Positions 63,251 to 64,000 of a DNA stretch of 64,000 nucleotides are shown in pieces (the first letter of the stretch is position 1; every line of letters begins with the position of its first letter). The DNA is taken from NCBI RefSeq assembly GCF_964355755.1, contig NC_092680.1:14331045-14395044 (forward strand), read 5' to 3'. Origin of the DNA: Antedon mediterranea. Taxonomy: Eukaryota; Animalia; Echinodermata. The notes beneath the pieces are model-generated. The model saw nothing but the letters and a program-made list of their open reading frames with translations, was not told the origin of the DNA and did no database searches. Made by a program: the position numbers and the translations under genes.

Positions 63251-64000
63251 TACATTATAAATAATTTTTTTCATTTCAAAGGATCCGGCCAGCAGCCTGT
63301 CAATTTTACTACTGTTCTTTCTAACTTTAGGGTTAATTTGAATAAAAGTAATAGAAAGTCTGTGTTGTATTGTGTTTTAATAACCGCAAATTAATTTAAA
63401 AGGAAATTTGTCAAAGATGAAATGTACTGCCAGTATTTTTCAATTTTAACAAAATTTCATTTTAAATTAATTTGAGGTTATCTGCATATTTGAAGTCTAT
63501 CACAGTAGCATGTATGCGACAGTAGCTTGGTGGTAGCAGACATGCCATCCAGTCCTAGCTTCTCTGCTGCTGCTTCCAATCCTAAATAATCGAATAACTG
63601 AGTTTAGAAATTATGAGTAATAGATACTCCACCCTTGTTTATATCCTGAATTATATTCTAAAGTCATCATCGTCATCATCACAGAGAATATTGACCAGTG
63701 TGCATAGACAATTTATTTTCTTTTTTGTGTCATTCTCTATTTTATCCAGGTAGTTTTGGGTCATACCCTTGGTTTCTTTAACTTTTCTCAAATTCAGACG
63801 GCTCTTTGCGCTGAGATATCTAGACTAGACTAGAATACTAAAATATAAAGAAAAAAATAATGAAACTGAAGATGTGTGGCTCATCTTTTCTGAACTGTTT
63901 TATTTCTGTGATTTCTGTTATTGCATACTAAAAGTTCATGTATTTGTTGTATGAAAAGCAATTATGTTTAAAATTCTGTGTTTACTGTTAATGTATCTCA

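Noticed and set aside
63282-63341. Possible next ATP8B exon (QPVNF resembles PVDF)
   Set aside because: The phase-0 reading from the AG gives unrelated sequence and a stop, and the QPVNF frame lacks a matching acceptor and downstream similarity

Overview
AT-rich, intron-dense metazoan genomic DNA, probably from an invertebrate deuterostome (inferred from a Deu-domain-like SINE and the gene structures). Two spliced + strand genes can be built exon by exon with consistent GT-AG sites and phases. The first is a DENND4/Crag-family Rab GEF: 26 exons from 277 to the stop at 27525, with its 5' end outside the window. The second is an ATP8B-class P4-ATPase phospholipid flippase: ATG at 38593, 11 coding exons to 57181, with its 3' end outside the window. 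Introns and the intergenic region are full of mobile DNA: MITEs, truncated L1/Tx1 and L2/CR1-group LINEs (one nested in another), a tRNA-derived SINE and several minisatellites. Two observations stand out. A complete type I hammerhead ribozyme sits on the sense strand of a DENND4 intron, within a ~130-nt element embedded in a (TA)n tract (12534-12578). A 6.7-kb nested stack of Helentron-associated (HINE/DINE-1-like) elements, apparently inserting into each other's head microsatellite, occupies an ATP8B intron (40399-47066). Protein family calls come from recalled homology to human proteins, not from a database search.
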